Assembly (NCBI GenBank): GCA_029983915.1
Contig: JASBYN010000005.1
Span: 21,032-85,031, forward strand
Source: Finegoldia sp.
Lineage (GTDB): Bacteria > Bacillota > Clostridia > Tissierellales > Peptoniphilaceae
Reading direction: 5' to 3'
Length of the DNA stretch: 64,000 nucleotides
This document shows positions 41,990 to 51,964 of this stretch, piece by piece. The translations under genes and the position numbers were made by a program. The notes beneath the pieces are model-generated. The model was not told the origin of the DNA. It made no database searches and saw only the letters and a program-made list of their open reading frames with translations. Every line of letters begins with the position of its first letter. Positions within the stretch are counted from its first letter, which is position 1.

Positions 41990-42038
41990 TCGTAATTTCT
42001 AAAATTATGTATCAAATATAAAAAGCAGCAAACTTCAA

Positions 42039-43523
42039 TTAATTTGCTGCTTTTTGTTGTAATTTTATTTTTGTGAAATTTTTTAATTCTTTAAATCCGT
42101 AATTCAATCCTATTATTACCATGAATATTTCAAGTCTTCCTAGGATCATTCCCACCATTTCTACTATTAATGTAGCATTATTAGTAGATTCGTTTGTTAT
42201 CCCTATGGATAATCCAACGGTTCCCAATGCGGATGAAAAATCAAACATGGCTTCTTTTAATGAGCAATTAGCCGTCAATACTACTAAAAGCGATCCAACT
42301 ATGAATATTATCATGTACAATGAACAAAATCCCATGACTTCTTCTTGTGTTTGATTGTCTATTGCTGATTTTCCCTCTGCTTTCATGTATTGAGGTGACA
42401 TTACGTGATTTGGTGTGAATATTCTCTTATTTATTTGAGAGCCTATAAATCTCAACATTATATATACTCTGGATAGTTTAAGTCCACCTGCAGTAGATCC
42501 TATTCCTCCACCTATAATCATCATAAGTATCATCAATCCGATTGCAAAATCAGGCCACTTATCGTAACTCATCGTTGAATAACCAGTAGTCGACAATGCC
42601 GATACTGCATTAAATGTAGATATTTTTATCGAATCAAATACACCTGTATTGAAACTTCTCGATATAGACATAGCCATTGGGAATATAAATATCACAAGTA
42701 TCAAAAACATAAATCTAACTTCGCTGACTTTGAAAAATTCTTTTACTCTGCCTTTAAATAATAAAATCAAAGTAGCAAAATTTGTAGTTCCCAACAACAT
42801 CAAAACTATCGTGACTATTTCGATAGGTACGCTATTGTATTCTCCAATACTATTTAGTTTTGTAGAAAATCCTCCCGTAGATAGAGAACACATGCAGTGA
42901 CATATGCTATCGAAAAAGCTCATTCCTGCTATCATGTAGGCTATTGTACCTATTACTAAACTAGATACGTATATTGTAAAAATCGCCTGTGCAGTTTTCA
43001 AAATAGTTGGTTTTATTTTATCAGGGTGACCTTCTGCATTGTACAAACTCATTGAGTATTTGTTTTTGATGAGCATTACCATCATCATTATGAAACCAAG
43101 TCCACCACAGTATTGCATAAAACTTCTGTGGAACAAAAATATTTTTTCGCTATTTTGTACATTTACTACAGATAATCCCGTAGTTGTCCAGCCACTTACT
43201 GCTTCAAAAAGTGCTTGTACTAATGTCAATTTGTGTGCCAATACGAAAGGCAATGCCCCTATTAGAACTCCAAATCCCCATGCAAATAACACTACTAAAC
43301 TCGAATATCCTACGTTGTTTTTCCTACAAATATTCTTTTCTTTTTTTCTAATGCAAAGCACAAATCCAAAAACTATTGCGAAAAAAGATGGTATGAAAAA
43401 ATCCTTCACGTATTTTAAATCTTGTGGATACCATATTACCGTTATTATAGGAATCATTACAAAAATCCCTATCATTATCGCAAGTTTTCCTATGGCTGAA
43501 CTTTCGTCTAAAATTTTTTTCAT
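42039..43523 (-). CDS. trkH: TrkH-family potassium uptake membrane protein
   Basis: Four pore loops (SGWTTTG, LSTGGF, LSTTG, LGTVG), GSTAGG.K, GRLE. Confidence 0.9.
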   Translation of the reverse strand: MKKILDESSAIGKLAIMIGIFVMIPIITVIWYPQDLKYVKDFFIPSFFAIVFGFVLCIRKKEKNICRKNNVGYSSLVVLFAWGFGVLIGALPFVLAHKLTLVQALFEAVSGWTTTGLSVVNVQNSEKIFLFHRSFMQYCGGLGFIMMMVMLIKNKYSMSLYNAEGHPDKIKPTILKTAQAIFTIYVSSLVIGTIAYMIAGMSFFDSICHCMCSLSTGGFSTKLNSIGEYNSVPIEIVTIVLMLLGTTNFATLILLFKGRVKEFFKVSEVRFMFLILVIFIFPMAMSISRSFNTGVFDSIKISTFNAVSALSTTGYSTMSYDKWPDFAIGLMILMMIIGGGIGSTAGGLKLSRVYIMLRFIGSQINKRIFTPNHVMSPQYMKAEGKSAIDNQTQEEVMGFCSLYMIIFIVGSLLVVLTANCSLKEAMFDFSSALGTVGLSIGITNESTNNATLIVEMVGMILGRLEIFMVIIGLNYGFKELKNFTKIKLQQKAAN

Positions 43524-43524
43524 G

Positions 43525-44199
43525 TTATCTACCCGCTAAAACCTTGATAGCATTCAATTCTTCTTGTTTGTTTCCAGATATGACAACTAAAACATCTCCT
43601 ACTAATATTCTAGTATCACCTCTAGGAATCAAAGTCATATCATCTCTCAATATACAACCTATTATTACTTCTTTTGGCAATTCAATTTCCCATATTCTTT
43701 TCTCTACAGCTGGGGAATTTTGATTTATATAAAGCTCCATTATTTTGGCTTTTCCCTTTCCTATGGAAATTATATTGGTTATTTCTTCTATAAAAGTAGT
43801 GTGTTCAATTATGCTAGTCACTGCTGCCACCGCACACACTACATTATCTATGCCCATTTGTTGAAAAAATTCTGTTTTATTGGGATCTGATACAATGGCA
43901 ACTGTCTTTTGTATGTTGAATTGTCTTTTACACAATTGACAAGCTACGAGATTATCTTCGTCTTTTGATGTCAAAGCTATGCAAATGTCACATTCATTTG
44001 CGCCTGCATCTTCTAGTACATAATTTTTAGTTCCATCTCCATTGACTACAGTTACTCCATTTATTTCTGCAAGCATCATGCAATCTTCTTTATTTTTGTT
44101 TATGATTAGTATTTTGTGTCCTTGATTTCTCAACGATATGGCAAGAGATTTTGCTTTACTCCTGCCACCTATCAACAAAATTTTCTTTGAGTTTTTCAT
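43525..44199 (-). CDS. trkA: TrkA-family RCK protein (RCK_N + RCK_C)
   Basis: GDGT, LTSKDEDN, IPRGDT.I..GD. Confidence 0.85.
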   Translation of the reverse strand: MKNSKKILLIGGRSKAKSLAISLRNQGHKILIINKNKEDCMMLAEINGVTVVNGDGTKNYVLEDAGANECDICIALTSKDEDNLVACQLCKRQFNIQKTVAIVSDPNKTEFFQQMGIDNVVCAVAAVTSIIEHTTFIEEITNIISIGKGKAKIMELYINQNSPAVEKRIWEIELPKEVIIGCILRDDMTLIPRGDTRILVGDVLVVISGNKQEELNAIKVLAGR

Positions 44200-44202
44200 A
44201 GT

Positions 44203-44649
44203 TTACACCACTGTTTCTTTTAAAAATTTTTCTATTTCTTTTACAGTCAAAGCTGATGGACATATAGTATCTATCCCAAATTCTCTATATACCATTTCCC
44301 TTTCAGGATCGTATAATCTAGCCAATACATGCTCTACTCCGTAAATATTTCTAGCTATTTGAGCTATCATTATATTCGTGTTATCGTCATTTGTTACGGC
44401 TATTACCACAGAAGCTTCACTAATGTCGGCTTTTTTCAAATTGTCTATATCTGTTCCGTTTCCAACTATGCAAAGTCCACCAAAATTAGGAGATAATCTG
44501 TGAAATGCACTTTTTTGCGAATCCATTATAGCTACATTCTTATCTTCACTAGATAATGTTTCTGCAAGTTTTGCACCCAATCTTCCACATCCAACTATTA
44601 CAGTGTAATCGTCTTTTCCTTTACTATTGAATATATTTCTAAAATCCAT
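44203..44649 (-). CDS. TrkA-N-only (RCK_N) protein
   Basis: IVGCGRLG, AVTNDDNTNIM, ARLYDP; 148 aa with no RCK_C. Confidence 0.85.
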   Translation of the reverse strand: MDFRNIFNSKGKDDYTVIVGCGRLGAKLAETLSSEDKNVAIMDSQKSAFHRLSPNFGGLCIVGNGTDIDNLKKADISEASVVIAVTNDDNTNIMIAQIARNIYGVEHVLARLYDPEREMVYREFGIDTICPSALTVKEIEKFLKETVV

Positions 44650-44651
44650 AA

Positions 44652-44975
44652 TTACCTCCTATCTTCTTCATCATCTTCGTCATATATGCATACTCTATGA
44701 GCATTTGTTCCGTAATTATATAAATTCTTTTCTGCAGGCGAATAAGTCGGATCCAAAGCATACGATGCACGAAAATGTTTCATTGCCATACAGTGATTTC
44801 CACTTTTCTCATAAACTATTCCTATTAAATTGTGAGGTTGAGGACTGTCAGGATATTCTGACATGGCTTTCGTTATTAGCTTTACGCTTTCTGAAAATTC
44901 CATTTTCGATACCAATTGTTTTACAGTTTTACATAAATTTTTTATATCTTGATTTGTTTTATATGATTGTTCCAT
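44652..44975 (-). CDS. Small TPR-like protein, first gene of the trk cluster
   Basis: AMSEYPDSPQPHNLIGIVYE...AMKHFRASYALDPTYSPA..NL is a TPR pattern; AAGGAG SD. Confidence 0.7.
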   Translation of the reverse strand: MEQSYKTNQDIKNLCKTVKQLVSKMEFSESVKLITKAMSEYPDSPQPHNLIGIVYEKSGNHCMAMKHFRASYALDPTYSPAEKNLYNYGTNAHRVCIYDEDDEEDRR

Positions 44976-45024
44976 AACTTAACTCCTTTGATACTTATAT
45001 TGTAGGAGCTTTTTCGTTAGTTTG

Positions 45025-45062
45025 TTGTGAGAATATTATATTTTGTGTGAGTTTCGTGTGAG
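45025..45062 (-). promoter_or_regulatory. Direct repeats (probable OmpR/KdpE-type binding site) upstream of the trk cluster
   Basis: GTGTGAG at 45045 and 45056 (11-nt period) plus TTGTGAG at 45025; TACAAT -10 on the minus strand at 44999-45004. Confidence 0.5.
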
Positions 45063-45100
45063 ATTTCAAAAAAAAATATCGGACCATCAAAAGTCCGATA

Positions 45101-45802
45101 TTATTCATCTGATAATCTATAACCTACACCTATTTCTGTTTTAATGTATCTAGGTTTTGCCGGTATTTTTTCTATTTTTCTTCTAAGTCCAGCCATCAAA
45201 GCTCTAAGTGCCTGCGTATCAGTTCCATATCCTGCACCGTAAATTTCTTTTATTATATGTTGTGTCGTCAAAACTTTTCCCATGTTTTTGAATAACAAAG
45301 ATAGCAATTTGTATTCCATTCCCGTTATGTGGATTGGCTCTCCTTCTAAAAAAACTTGGTGTTTTTCTAAATCCAAAGACAAATCACCTACCGATAAAAT
45401 TGGCTTTTCTACAGATTTGGACACGCTATTTAAATGTCTTATAGCTACTCTAACTCTCGCTTTAAGTTCCATCGCAGAAAATGGTTTAGTCAAATAATCA
45501 TCTGCTCCAGCATCCAACGCTGAGACTTTTTCTTTTTCTTGATCTCTTGCAGATACGACGATTATCGGAATAGAAGACCATTGTCGTAATTTTTTTATCA
45601 CTTGCATTCCATCAAAATCTGGAAGTCCCATATCTAAAAGTACTAGGTCGACATTTTGAGATACCAGCAAAGTCATGGCGTTTTGTGCCGTACCAGAAGT
45701 GATACAAGAAAATCCCTCTTGTTCCAAAATATACGATATAAAATTTCTAATCTGACTATCGTCTTCGACAATCAAAATAGTTTCTTTAATTGCTTTCATC
45801 AT
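45101..45802 (-). CDS. KdpE-like OmpR-family response regulator
   Basis: ILIVEDD, LLDMGLPDFDG, IIVVSAR, ALDAGADDYLTKPF, LRRKIE..PAKPRYI.TEIGVGYR. Start reassigned to 45802 behind AAGGAG. Confidence 0.88.
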   Translation of the reverse strand: MMKAIKETILIVEDDSQIRNFISYILEQEGFSCITSGTAQNAMTLLVSQNVDLVLLDMGLPDFDGMQVIKKLRQWSSIPIIVVSARDQEKEKVSALDAGADDYLTKPFSAMELKARVRVAIRHLNSVSKSVEKPILSVGDLSLDLEKHQVFLEGEPIHITGMEYKLLSLLFKNMGKVLTTQHIIKEIYGAGYGTDTQALRALMAGLRRKIEKIPAKPRYIKTEIGVGYRLSDE

Positions 45803-47315
45803 TTTCTCCTTGTTTCCCAATTGGAAGCCAGAATACAAATTCAGCTCCACCTTCTTCTCGATTTTTGGCATATATATCTCCACCATGAGCTTCTACAATG
45901 CTTTTACAAATCGATAATCCAAGTCCTATTCCCTTCAAAGAAGTAGAATCGACGCTTTCTTCTGTAGTGTAGAATGTTTGGAAAATATGTGGCAAATCTT
46001 CTTTTTTAATTCCTCTTCCCCTGTCTTTTACGCTAAAATACACGAGATTTGATTTTTCATCCACCCACACTTCCAATTGTATCTCTTCATTTTCCAATGT
46101 GTGTTTGATTGCATTGTCGAGAAGATTAACTAAAACCTGACTTATCAATGTAGCATCCATCATAACTATCAACGGATCTTCCGGAAGTAAAATAGAAATA
46201 TCTCTATTCTTAAACCTCTTTTCGACTACCGATAGAGAAACACCTACGACTTCTTCGACTAATTCGGGTTTTTTCTGCAATTTCATGTTATTTCTCTGAA
46301 GCTTTGTCAAACTCAAAATATTTTCCACTAGAGAATGAAGCCAATTTGCATCTTTGAATATTCCATTTGCCAATTCATACCTAGGATCATTTTCTTCAGT
46401 CATGCTCATGAGCATTTCACTTGTTCCCATAATTCCAGATAAAGGCGTTCTCAAATCGTGCGATATTGCCCTCAATAGATTTGCCCTATATCTTTCTCGC
46501 TGAGTTTCTTCTTGGATTTTCGCTTGCTTTTGTATACTTCTGAACCTTTCAATAGCCAAAGCAGAACTTTCTATTATTCCATGTATCATCCTTTTTTGCG
46601 AGATGTTCATATCGTATACGATTTTTTTCGGTAACATCAAAACAGCCAAAACAGTTTTTTGATTTGTAACTGGGAAATCACAGTAATCATCCATTTCATA
46701 ATATTCTGTACGCAAATTTTTCATTGAGTTAAATAGTTCTTTTTCATCTAAGATAAATTCTCTGTGAATCAAAGTTCCATTTTCACGCATTTGAATTAAT
46801 TTCCCGTTGAACGAACCTTCTTCATCAAAATTAATCCAACCAACTTTGCACGACAAAAAATCATACACTGCCTTAGTTGAAAACACTCCTATAGAATCAA
46901 TATCCTTGGCATCTGTCAAATGATTTGTCAATTCATACAAAGTTCTATTTTCAATTTCTTTCAATTTTGCATCTTTTGTAGCTTCTCTGACACTTGCAGT
47001 AAGTGCTCCTGTCATTATAGATATAATTATCATGATCACAAAAGTTATTATGTCTGAAAAATTGTTGATTTTGAAAGTGTAATACGGCTCTGTGAAAAGC
47101 AAATTGAATAAAGCAGTTGACATCACAGTCGCCAATAAGCCAAATACATATCCATCGGTAAACCTAGCGACCACCAAAACTGCAAATATATATCCGCTAA
47201 CTACATTTGTATTATCAAAGCCGAGTTTTTTGAATAAAACTCCTATCACACTTGCAAAAAAAATCATTGCTAACAATATAAAACTGTTTTTCAATATCTT
47301 GTTTTGATGTTTCAT
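45786..47315 (-). CDS. KdpD-like sensor histidine kinase (DUF4118 TM domain; lacks the N-terminal KdpD/Usp domains)
   Basis: FN..FTEPYYT TM motif, LLRAISHDLRTPL, QVLVNLLDNA, D.G.GI, GIGLGLSIC...AHGG. Confidence 0.88.
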   Translation of the reverse strand: MKHQNKILKNSFILLAMIFFASVIGVLFKKLGFDNTNVVSGYIFAVLVVARFTDGYVFGLLATVMSTALFNLLFTEPYYTFKINNFSDIITFVIMIIISIMTGALTASVREATKDAKLKEIENRTLYELTNHLTDAKDIDSIGVFSTKAVYDFLSCKVGWINFDEEGSFNGKLIQMRENGTLIHREFILDEKELFNSMKNLRTEYYEMDDYCDFPVTNQKTVLAVLMLPKKIVYDMNISQKRMIHGIIESSALAIERFRSIQKQAKIQEETQRERYRANLLRAISHDLRTPLSGIMGTSEMLMSMTEENDPRYELANGIFKDANWLHSLVENILSLTKLQRNNMKLQKKPELVEEVVGVSLSVVEKRFKNRDISILLPEDPLIVMMDATLISQVLVNLLDNAIKHTLENEEIQLEVWVDEKSNLVYFSVKDRGRGIKKEDLPHIFQTFYTTEESVDSTSLKGIGLGLSICKSIVEAHGGDIYAKNREEGGAEFVFWLPIGKQGENDESN

Positions 47316-47466
47316 TGTAAATACCTCTCTTGATAATAATATCTTAGCATAATTTCATTTCAAACTGGAACTAATTATCCAATTTACAGTAAATATTTTG
47401 TAAAATTTAAATTACAACAATAAAATACCCTCTTATTTCAATAAAAGAGGGTTGGTTGTGTGGATT

Positions 47467-47967
47467 TTATTTGTATTCTCGTTTGATGATTTCTACAATT
47501 TTGTTTTTGTAACTGTCGTCATTTGGATAGCCTACTATAAAATGACCTTTATCTTTTACTTGACCTATTATCATTTGATTTCTGTATAGTTTATTCTCTC
47601 CTGTGCCTATATATCTCATATCAGTGACAAATCCGATTATAATTCTCTTTTTATCTGATAATTTGTAGACTTCTTCATAATCTTTCATCACAGAAAACGC
47701 CATGATTTCTCCTGCTACCCCATCGTCAATGCTAAGTCCATCTAGGCAAGCTATCAAAACATCTGCTTGTTTTAATTTTTCCATATCATTTCTAGCTATA
47801 TCTATATCAGTTATAGTTGCATCATTGTCTTTCTTGTTGTTGATAGAATCATTTCTTTGAGGAACGTACAATTCTATATCTACTTCTTTTTCTATAAATT
47901 GTGCCAATTGTTCTGTCCAACGAAACATCGCATCGTTAAAAAAATGTGACGCCAAATATCCTTTCAT
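47467..47967 (-). CDS. Nucleoside 2-deoxyribosyltransferase-family protein
   Basis: YLAS.FF, YVPQ, IA.ND, D.GVAGE, D.R, N.M..G. Confidence 0.7.
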   Translation of the reverse strand: MKGYLASHFFNDAMFRWTEQLAQFIEKEVDIELYVPQRNDSINNKKDNDATITDIDIARNDMEKLKQADVLIACLDGLSIDDGVAGEIMAFSVMKDYEEVYKLSDKKRIIIGFVTDMRYIGTGENKLYRNQMIIGQVKDKGHFIVGYPNDDSYKNKIVEIIKREYK

Positions 47968-48009
47968 TTTCCACCTCGATTTATTTCCACAAGTTTTTAT
48001 ATAAATTAT

Positions 48010-48029
48010 ACATCAAATGCACATCAAAT
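48010..48029 (+). promoter_or_regulatory. Direct repeat (probable OmpR-family binding site) upstream of the ABC-2 operon
   Basis: ACATCAAAT at 48010 and 48021 (11-nt period); a cognate OmpR-family regulator is encoded downstream. Confidence 0.5.
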
Positions 48030-48073
48030 CCATACATATAATTTAATATTTAAGTATAGACAAGGAGGATGTT

Positions 48074-48937
48074 ATGATTAAGTTAAAAAATGTAAAAGTA
48101 AAATACCAAGACAAGTTGGCCTTGGATATAAAAGACGAAATAGTTTTTGAAAATTCTAAAAAAATTGGAATTATCGGTTCAAACGGAGCCGGCAAATCCA
48201 CTTTAATAAAAGCTATACTTGGCATAGTAAATTACGAAGGAACTATTTACAACGATATTCCAAAAGAAAAAATTGCTGTTCATATGCAATTTAACAATTA
48301 CTCTGAAATGATAAAAACGAGAGACATCATTCAAATGATAACAAACAGAAAAATAGAATCCGATCAAAATTTGATGGATTTGATAAAATTTTTCGATTTT
48401 GAAAAATTACTCAAAAAAACTTTCAAGCAATTGTCTGGAGGAGAAAAACAAAAATTGACTTTGATTTTGGTAATGTGGCAAAACTCCAGCGTGACTATTT
48501 TCGATGAAGTAACTACTGGATTGGATTTTGTAACTAGACAATCTCTGATGGAAAAAATCGTAGAATATTATGAAGACAAGCCAACTACGGTTCTAATGGT
48601 AAGCCATTACTACGAAGAATTAGAAAATATATGCGACACTTTGTTGTATTTACATGAAGGAAAAGTATTGTTCCACGGTAAGAAAAAGGATATGTTCAGC
48701 AAATACTGCACAGATTCAGTCGTTTTGACTGACAAAAACGAAATAACTGAATCTTTGATACCAGAAAATATAAGACTAAAAGCTATGGACAATAAAATCG
48801 CTGCAGGTTTCGATGATATATCTTCAGAAAAAACATTGATCAACAAATTGGTAGACAACAATCAAAATTTTGAAAGATTGAACGATTCTATCGAATTGAC
48901 AGTTCTAAACGCTTTAGATAAGGAAGGAGCAAAATAA
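48074..48937 (+). CDS. ABC transporter ATP-binding protein
   Basis: GSNGAGKST, LSGGEKQK, FDEVTTGLD, SH. Confidence 0.9.
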   Translation: MIKLKNVKVKYQDKLALDIKDEIVFENSKKIGIIGSNGAGKSTLIKAILGIVNYEGTIYNDIPKEKIAVHMQFNNYSEMIKTRDIIQMITNRKIESDQNLMDLIKFFDFEKLLKKTFKQLSGGEKQKLTLILVMWQNSSVTIFDEVTTGLDFVTRQSLMEKIVEYYEDKPTTVLMVSHYYEELENICDTLLYLHEGKVLFHGKKKDMFSKYCTDSVVLTDKNEITESLIPENIRLKAMDNKIAAGFDDISSEKTLINKLVDNNQNFERLNDSIELTVLNALDKEGAK

Positions 48938-49689
48938 TGAACAAATACATTTTTAAATTTGAAACAAAAATACTTCTACAAAATTTTGCAAGTACGTTTT
49001 TCGGATTGGCATTTCCAATTTTAATGTCGTTTTTGATAGTAGCAAGTCTTAAAAATGTGCCTCCAGAATATTTGAACCAAGTAAAACAAAGTATAATACT
49101 CACGATAAGCATCATTAGCCCTCTTTCAATATTCTTAGTAGGTTTGACGGCAGTATTTTCAAAAGATTTGGAAGAAGGAGTATACGATAGATTGGATTTG
49201 TTCTCTATCAACCACTTATCAATGGCTAAATATAAATTCATAGTATATTATGTATTTTGGTTGATTTGCAACGCTATTTATTTTATCGTAATGAAAAACG
49301 CATTGAAAGTAGACATAGCTTTTGCAACTATATTAAAACACTCAGCATATGTGACGATATTATCTATAGCAAGCTTTTTCATTGGATACGCAATTTGCTT
49401 GTTCTTCAAGAAATTTTCGATATCATTTCCACTTTCAATGGCAATATACTTTATATCTATGATATTAGGTGGAATGATGGGAATTCAAGTAGAAAATATG
49501 CCAAAAGGAATCCAAAAGATAGCCAAAGCATTTCCAGTTAGCCACTTCTCATCTGCTGAATACATCACAGAAGTTGGAAAAAACGGCAAGATCAACTATT
49601 CATTCTTGCAAAGTATTATAGTACTCACATTAATTGCAATAATATTATTCGTAATATCTATCTATAAAAACAAAAGAAAATCCAACTAA
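48937..49689 (+). CDS. ABC-2 type permease
   Basis: About 6 TM segments, FFGLAFP, MP..IQ.IA..FP; overlaps the ATPase stop. Confidence 0.8.
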   Translation: MNKYIFKFETKILLQNFASTFFGLAFPILMSFLIVASLKNVPPEYLNQVKQSIILTISIISPLSIFLVGLTAVFSKDLEEGVYDRLDLFSINHLSMAKYKFIVYYVFWLICNAIYFIVMKNALKVDIAFATILKHSAYVTILSIASFFIGYAICLFFKKFSISFPLSMAIYFISMILGGMMGIQVENMPKGIQKIAKAFPVSHFSSAEYITEVGKNGKINYSFLQSIIVLTLIAIILFVISIYKNKRKSN

Positions 49690-49729
49690 TCGCTTCATTT
49701 GTTATATAATTTGAATAGGAAGTGATAGC

Positions 49730-50398
49730 GTGAAAAAGGTACTTTTTTTAGAAGACGAATTACAAATAAGAGAAATTTTGACAGAATACATGAAAATCGC
49801 AGGGTTTGAAGTCACTCAGACTTCAAACGGCGATTATGCAATAGAAATTTTAAAAGAAGATAAATTCGATGCCGTTATACTAGACATCATGGTCGAAGGA
49901 GAAAATAACGGAATAGACGTATTGAGATATATAAGAAACAATAAAAATATTAGACACACTAACGTATTGATGTTGACTGCCCTTGACGATTTGAACACAC
50001 AGATAAACGCATTTGATTTGTACTGCGATGACTACATCGTCAAGCCAGTTCAACCGATACTTTTGATTAAAAAATTAGAAATGATAATGAAAAGAAGAAA
50101 TTCCAGCGTTGAGGTCAACGAATCTGGATTATTTTTGGATCCGGATGGATTCAGAGTTTTGTATAATGGAGTCGATCTCAAATTGACAGTCACAGAATTT
50201 CAAATACTTTCACTCTTGATTAATAATCCTTCGAAAGTTTTCTCACGAGAAAATCTAATAAATTCTCTCTATAGTACGGATTTTTATGGAAGTAGTCGAA
50301 CGATAGATTCTCACATCAAAAACCTCAGAAAAAAACTTCCGAAAGATTTCATCAAGACAGTTATAGGTGCGGGGTATAAATTCAATGAAAACGCGTAA
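49730..50398 (+). CDS. OmpR-family response regulator
   Basis: LEDE, ILDIM, MLTA, DDYIVKP, LTVTEF, RTIDSHIKNLRKKL, TVIGAGY; GTG start. Confidence 0.9.
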   Translation: MKKVLFLEDELQIREILTEYMKIAGFEVTQTSNGDYAIEILKEDKFDAVILDIMVEGENNGIDVLRYIRNNKNIRHTNVLMLTALDDLNTQINAFDLYCDDYIVKPVQPILLIKKLEMIMKRRNSSVEVNESGLFLDPDGFRVLYNGVDLKLTVTEFQILSLLINNPSKVFSRENLINSLYSTDFYGSSRTIDSHIKNLRKKLPKDFIKTVIGAGYKFNENA

Positions 50399-51902
50399 AA
50401 TGAGCATATCCAAAAAAAATTTCCTCTACAATATACTTCTTACTATACTTATTTGCTTGATTATTTTTTCGTACATGGCTTTTTACATGCCAAAAGTATA
50501 TCTCGAAAAAAAATCAGAATCAGCAGAGACAAATGCACTAGAAGTTCACAGATTATTTATAGAAAATAAAAGCTATGTGAATTTGAACTCTCTAGTAAAA
50601 GAAGGAATGTTGTCGTACTTTGTCCCTAAAGGCAAAAACGAAATTATTTTTTCAGGAATGCATTTCAATTCCAAAGTTACAGTAAAAGACAAAAATTTAA
50701 TATCATTTCTTAGATATATGGAAAACGATGATTTCAAAAATTACGACGGTGATGAGTTCTTAGCTCAGTTGAACCCAATAAAAGATGAATTATTGAAAGA
50801 ACTCGACAAATTTGTCTATGTCAATTATTCTAAGAAAGTAGAAGATATCTCAGAAGATAACATATTGTACAAAAATTTTGAAGATGGCGTATTGATAAAA
50901 TTCGAATCGTCCAAAGATAACACCATTGCAACCAATTTAATACTAGTTTCCAAAAAACCAGATGGTACTTACATCTCAGCATATCCTTATATCCACAACA
51001 GCATAACAGATATAAAATCCACCGTTATGTCTGCATTTCCAGTTATATTTTTATTGATTGCGATAATTGTATTCTGGTTGAATAAATTATACTCCAAATC
51101 TATAACAGATCCGATAATAGAAATGAGTAAATTTACACAAAGATCTGAAGATGAAAAAAATGCACAATACGATTTGGAAATTCACACAAATGATGAAATA
51201 GAAGAATTATCTAACAATTTGAAAAAATTATACGAAACACTTACCGATAATTATAAAACACTTGAAAACAACAGCAAAAAAAGAGAAATTTTCATCAAAG
51301 CAACTTCTCATGAATTGAAGACTCCTCTACAAACTGCAATGTTGTTGAATGAAAGTATGATCAATAAAATCGGAAAATACAAGGATACAGACAAATATCT
51401 TCCTGAACTTAGAGACAAACTTTCCAAAATTCAAATACTAATCGATGATCTATTGTTCATGAATAAAATAGACGAATCTCCAGTCTACGAAAACTTGGAC
51501 TTGGCTTTAATAATGGAAGAATCTATCGACAATCACATGGATTTAATATCAGACAAAAATTTGAATATAAAAGTCACTGGAGAAAAAATAGATTACATCG
51601 ACTACGATCATTTTAGAATAATATTCGATAACTTAATAAAAAACGCCATAGAAAACACAGATAAAAACGGAAATATCGTTTGTGAATTTGGCGATAATAT
51701 AATAATCAAAAACTATCCTACTCACATAGATGATAAAATATTGAAAAAGATATCCGAGCCTTTTGTATCATCTAAAGGAAAAAGCTCAAGTGGACTTGGA
51801 TTGTACGTAGCTAAAAATTTATTGGAAGATATGAACTACGATATTGATTTGAGTTATGAAAACGAGACGTTCATACTGAAGTTGTTCAAAATTTTGCAAT
51901 AA
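50385..51902 (+). CDS. HAMP-domain sensor histidine kinase
   Basis: Two TM segments, DEIEEL HAMP, SHELKTPL, NLIKNA, GLGLY. Probable ATG start at 50385. Confidence 0.88.
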   Translation: MKTRKMSISKKNFLYNILLTILICLIIFSYMAFYMPKVYLEKKSESAETNALEVHRLFIENKSYVNLNSLVKEGMLSYFVPKGKNEIIFSGMHFNSKVTVKDKNLISFLRYMENDDFKNYDGDEFLAQLNPIKDELLKELDKFVYVNYSKKVEDISEDNILYKNFEDGVLIKFESSKDNTIATNLILVSKKPDGTYISAYPYIHNSITDIKSTVMSAFPVIFLLIAIIVFWLNKLYSKSITDPIIEMSKFTQRSEDEKNAQYDLEIHTNDEIEELSNNLKKLYETLTDNYKTLENNSKKREIFIKATSHELKTPLQTAMLLNESMINKIGKYKDTDKYLPELRDKLSKIQILIDDLLFMNKIDESPVYENLDLALIMEESIDNHMDLISDKNLNIKVTGEKIDYIDYDHFRIIFDNLIKNAIENTDKNGNIVCEFGDNIIIKNYPTHIDDKILKKISEPFVSSKGKSSSGLGLYVAKNLLEDMNYDIDLSYENETFILKLFKILQ

Positions 51903-51964
51903 ATAAGCTATTGAAATAACGCTTTTATTTATGATATCATTAAAATGTATTTTAGGAGGTTCAA

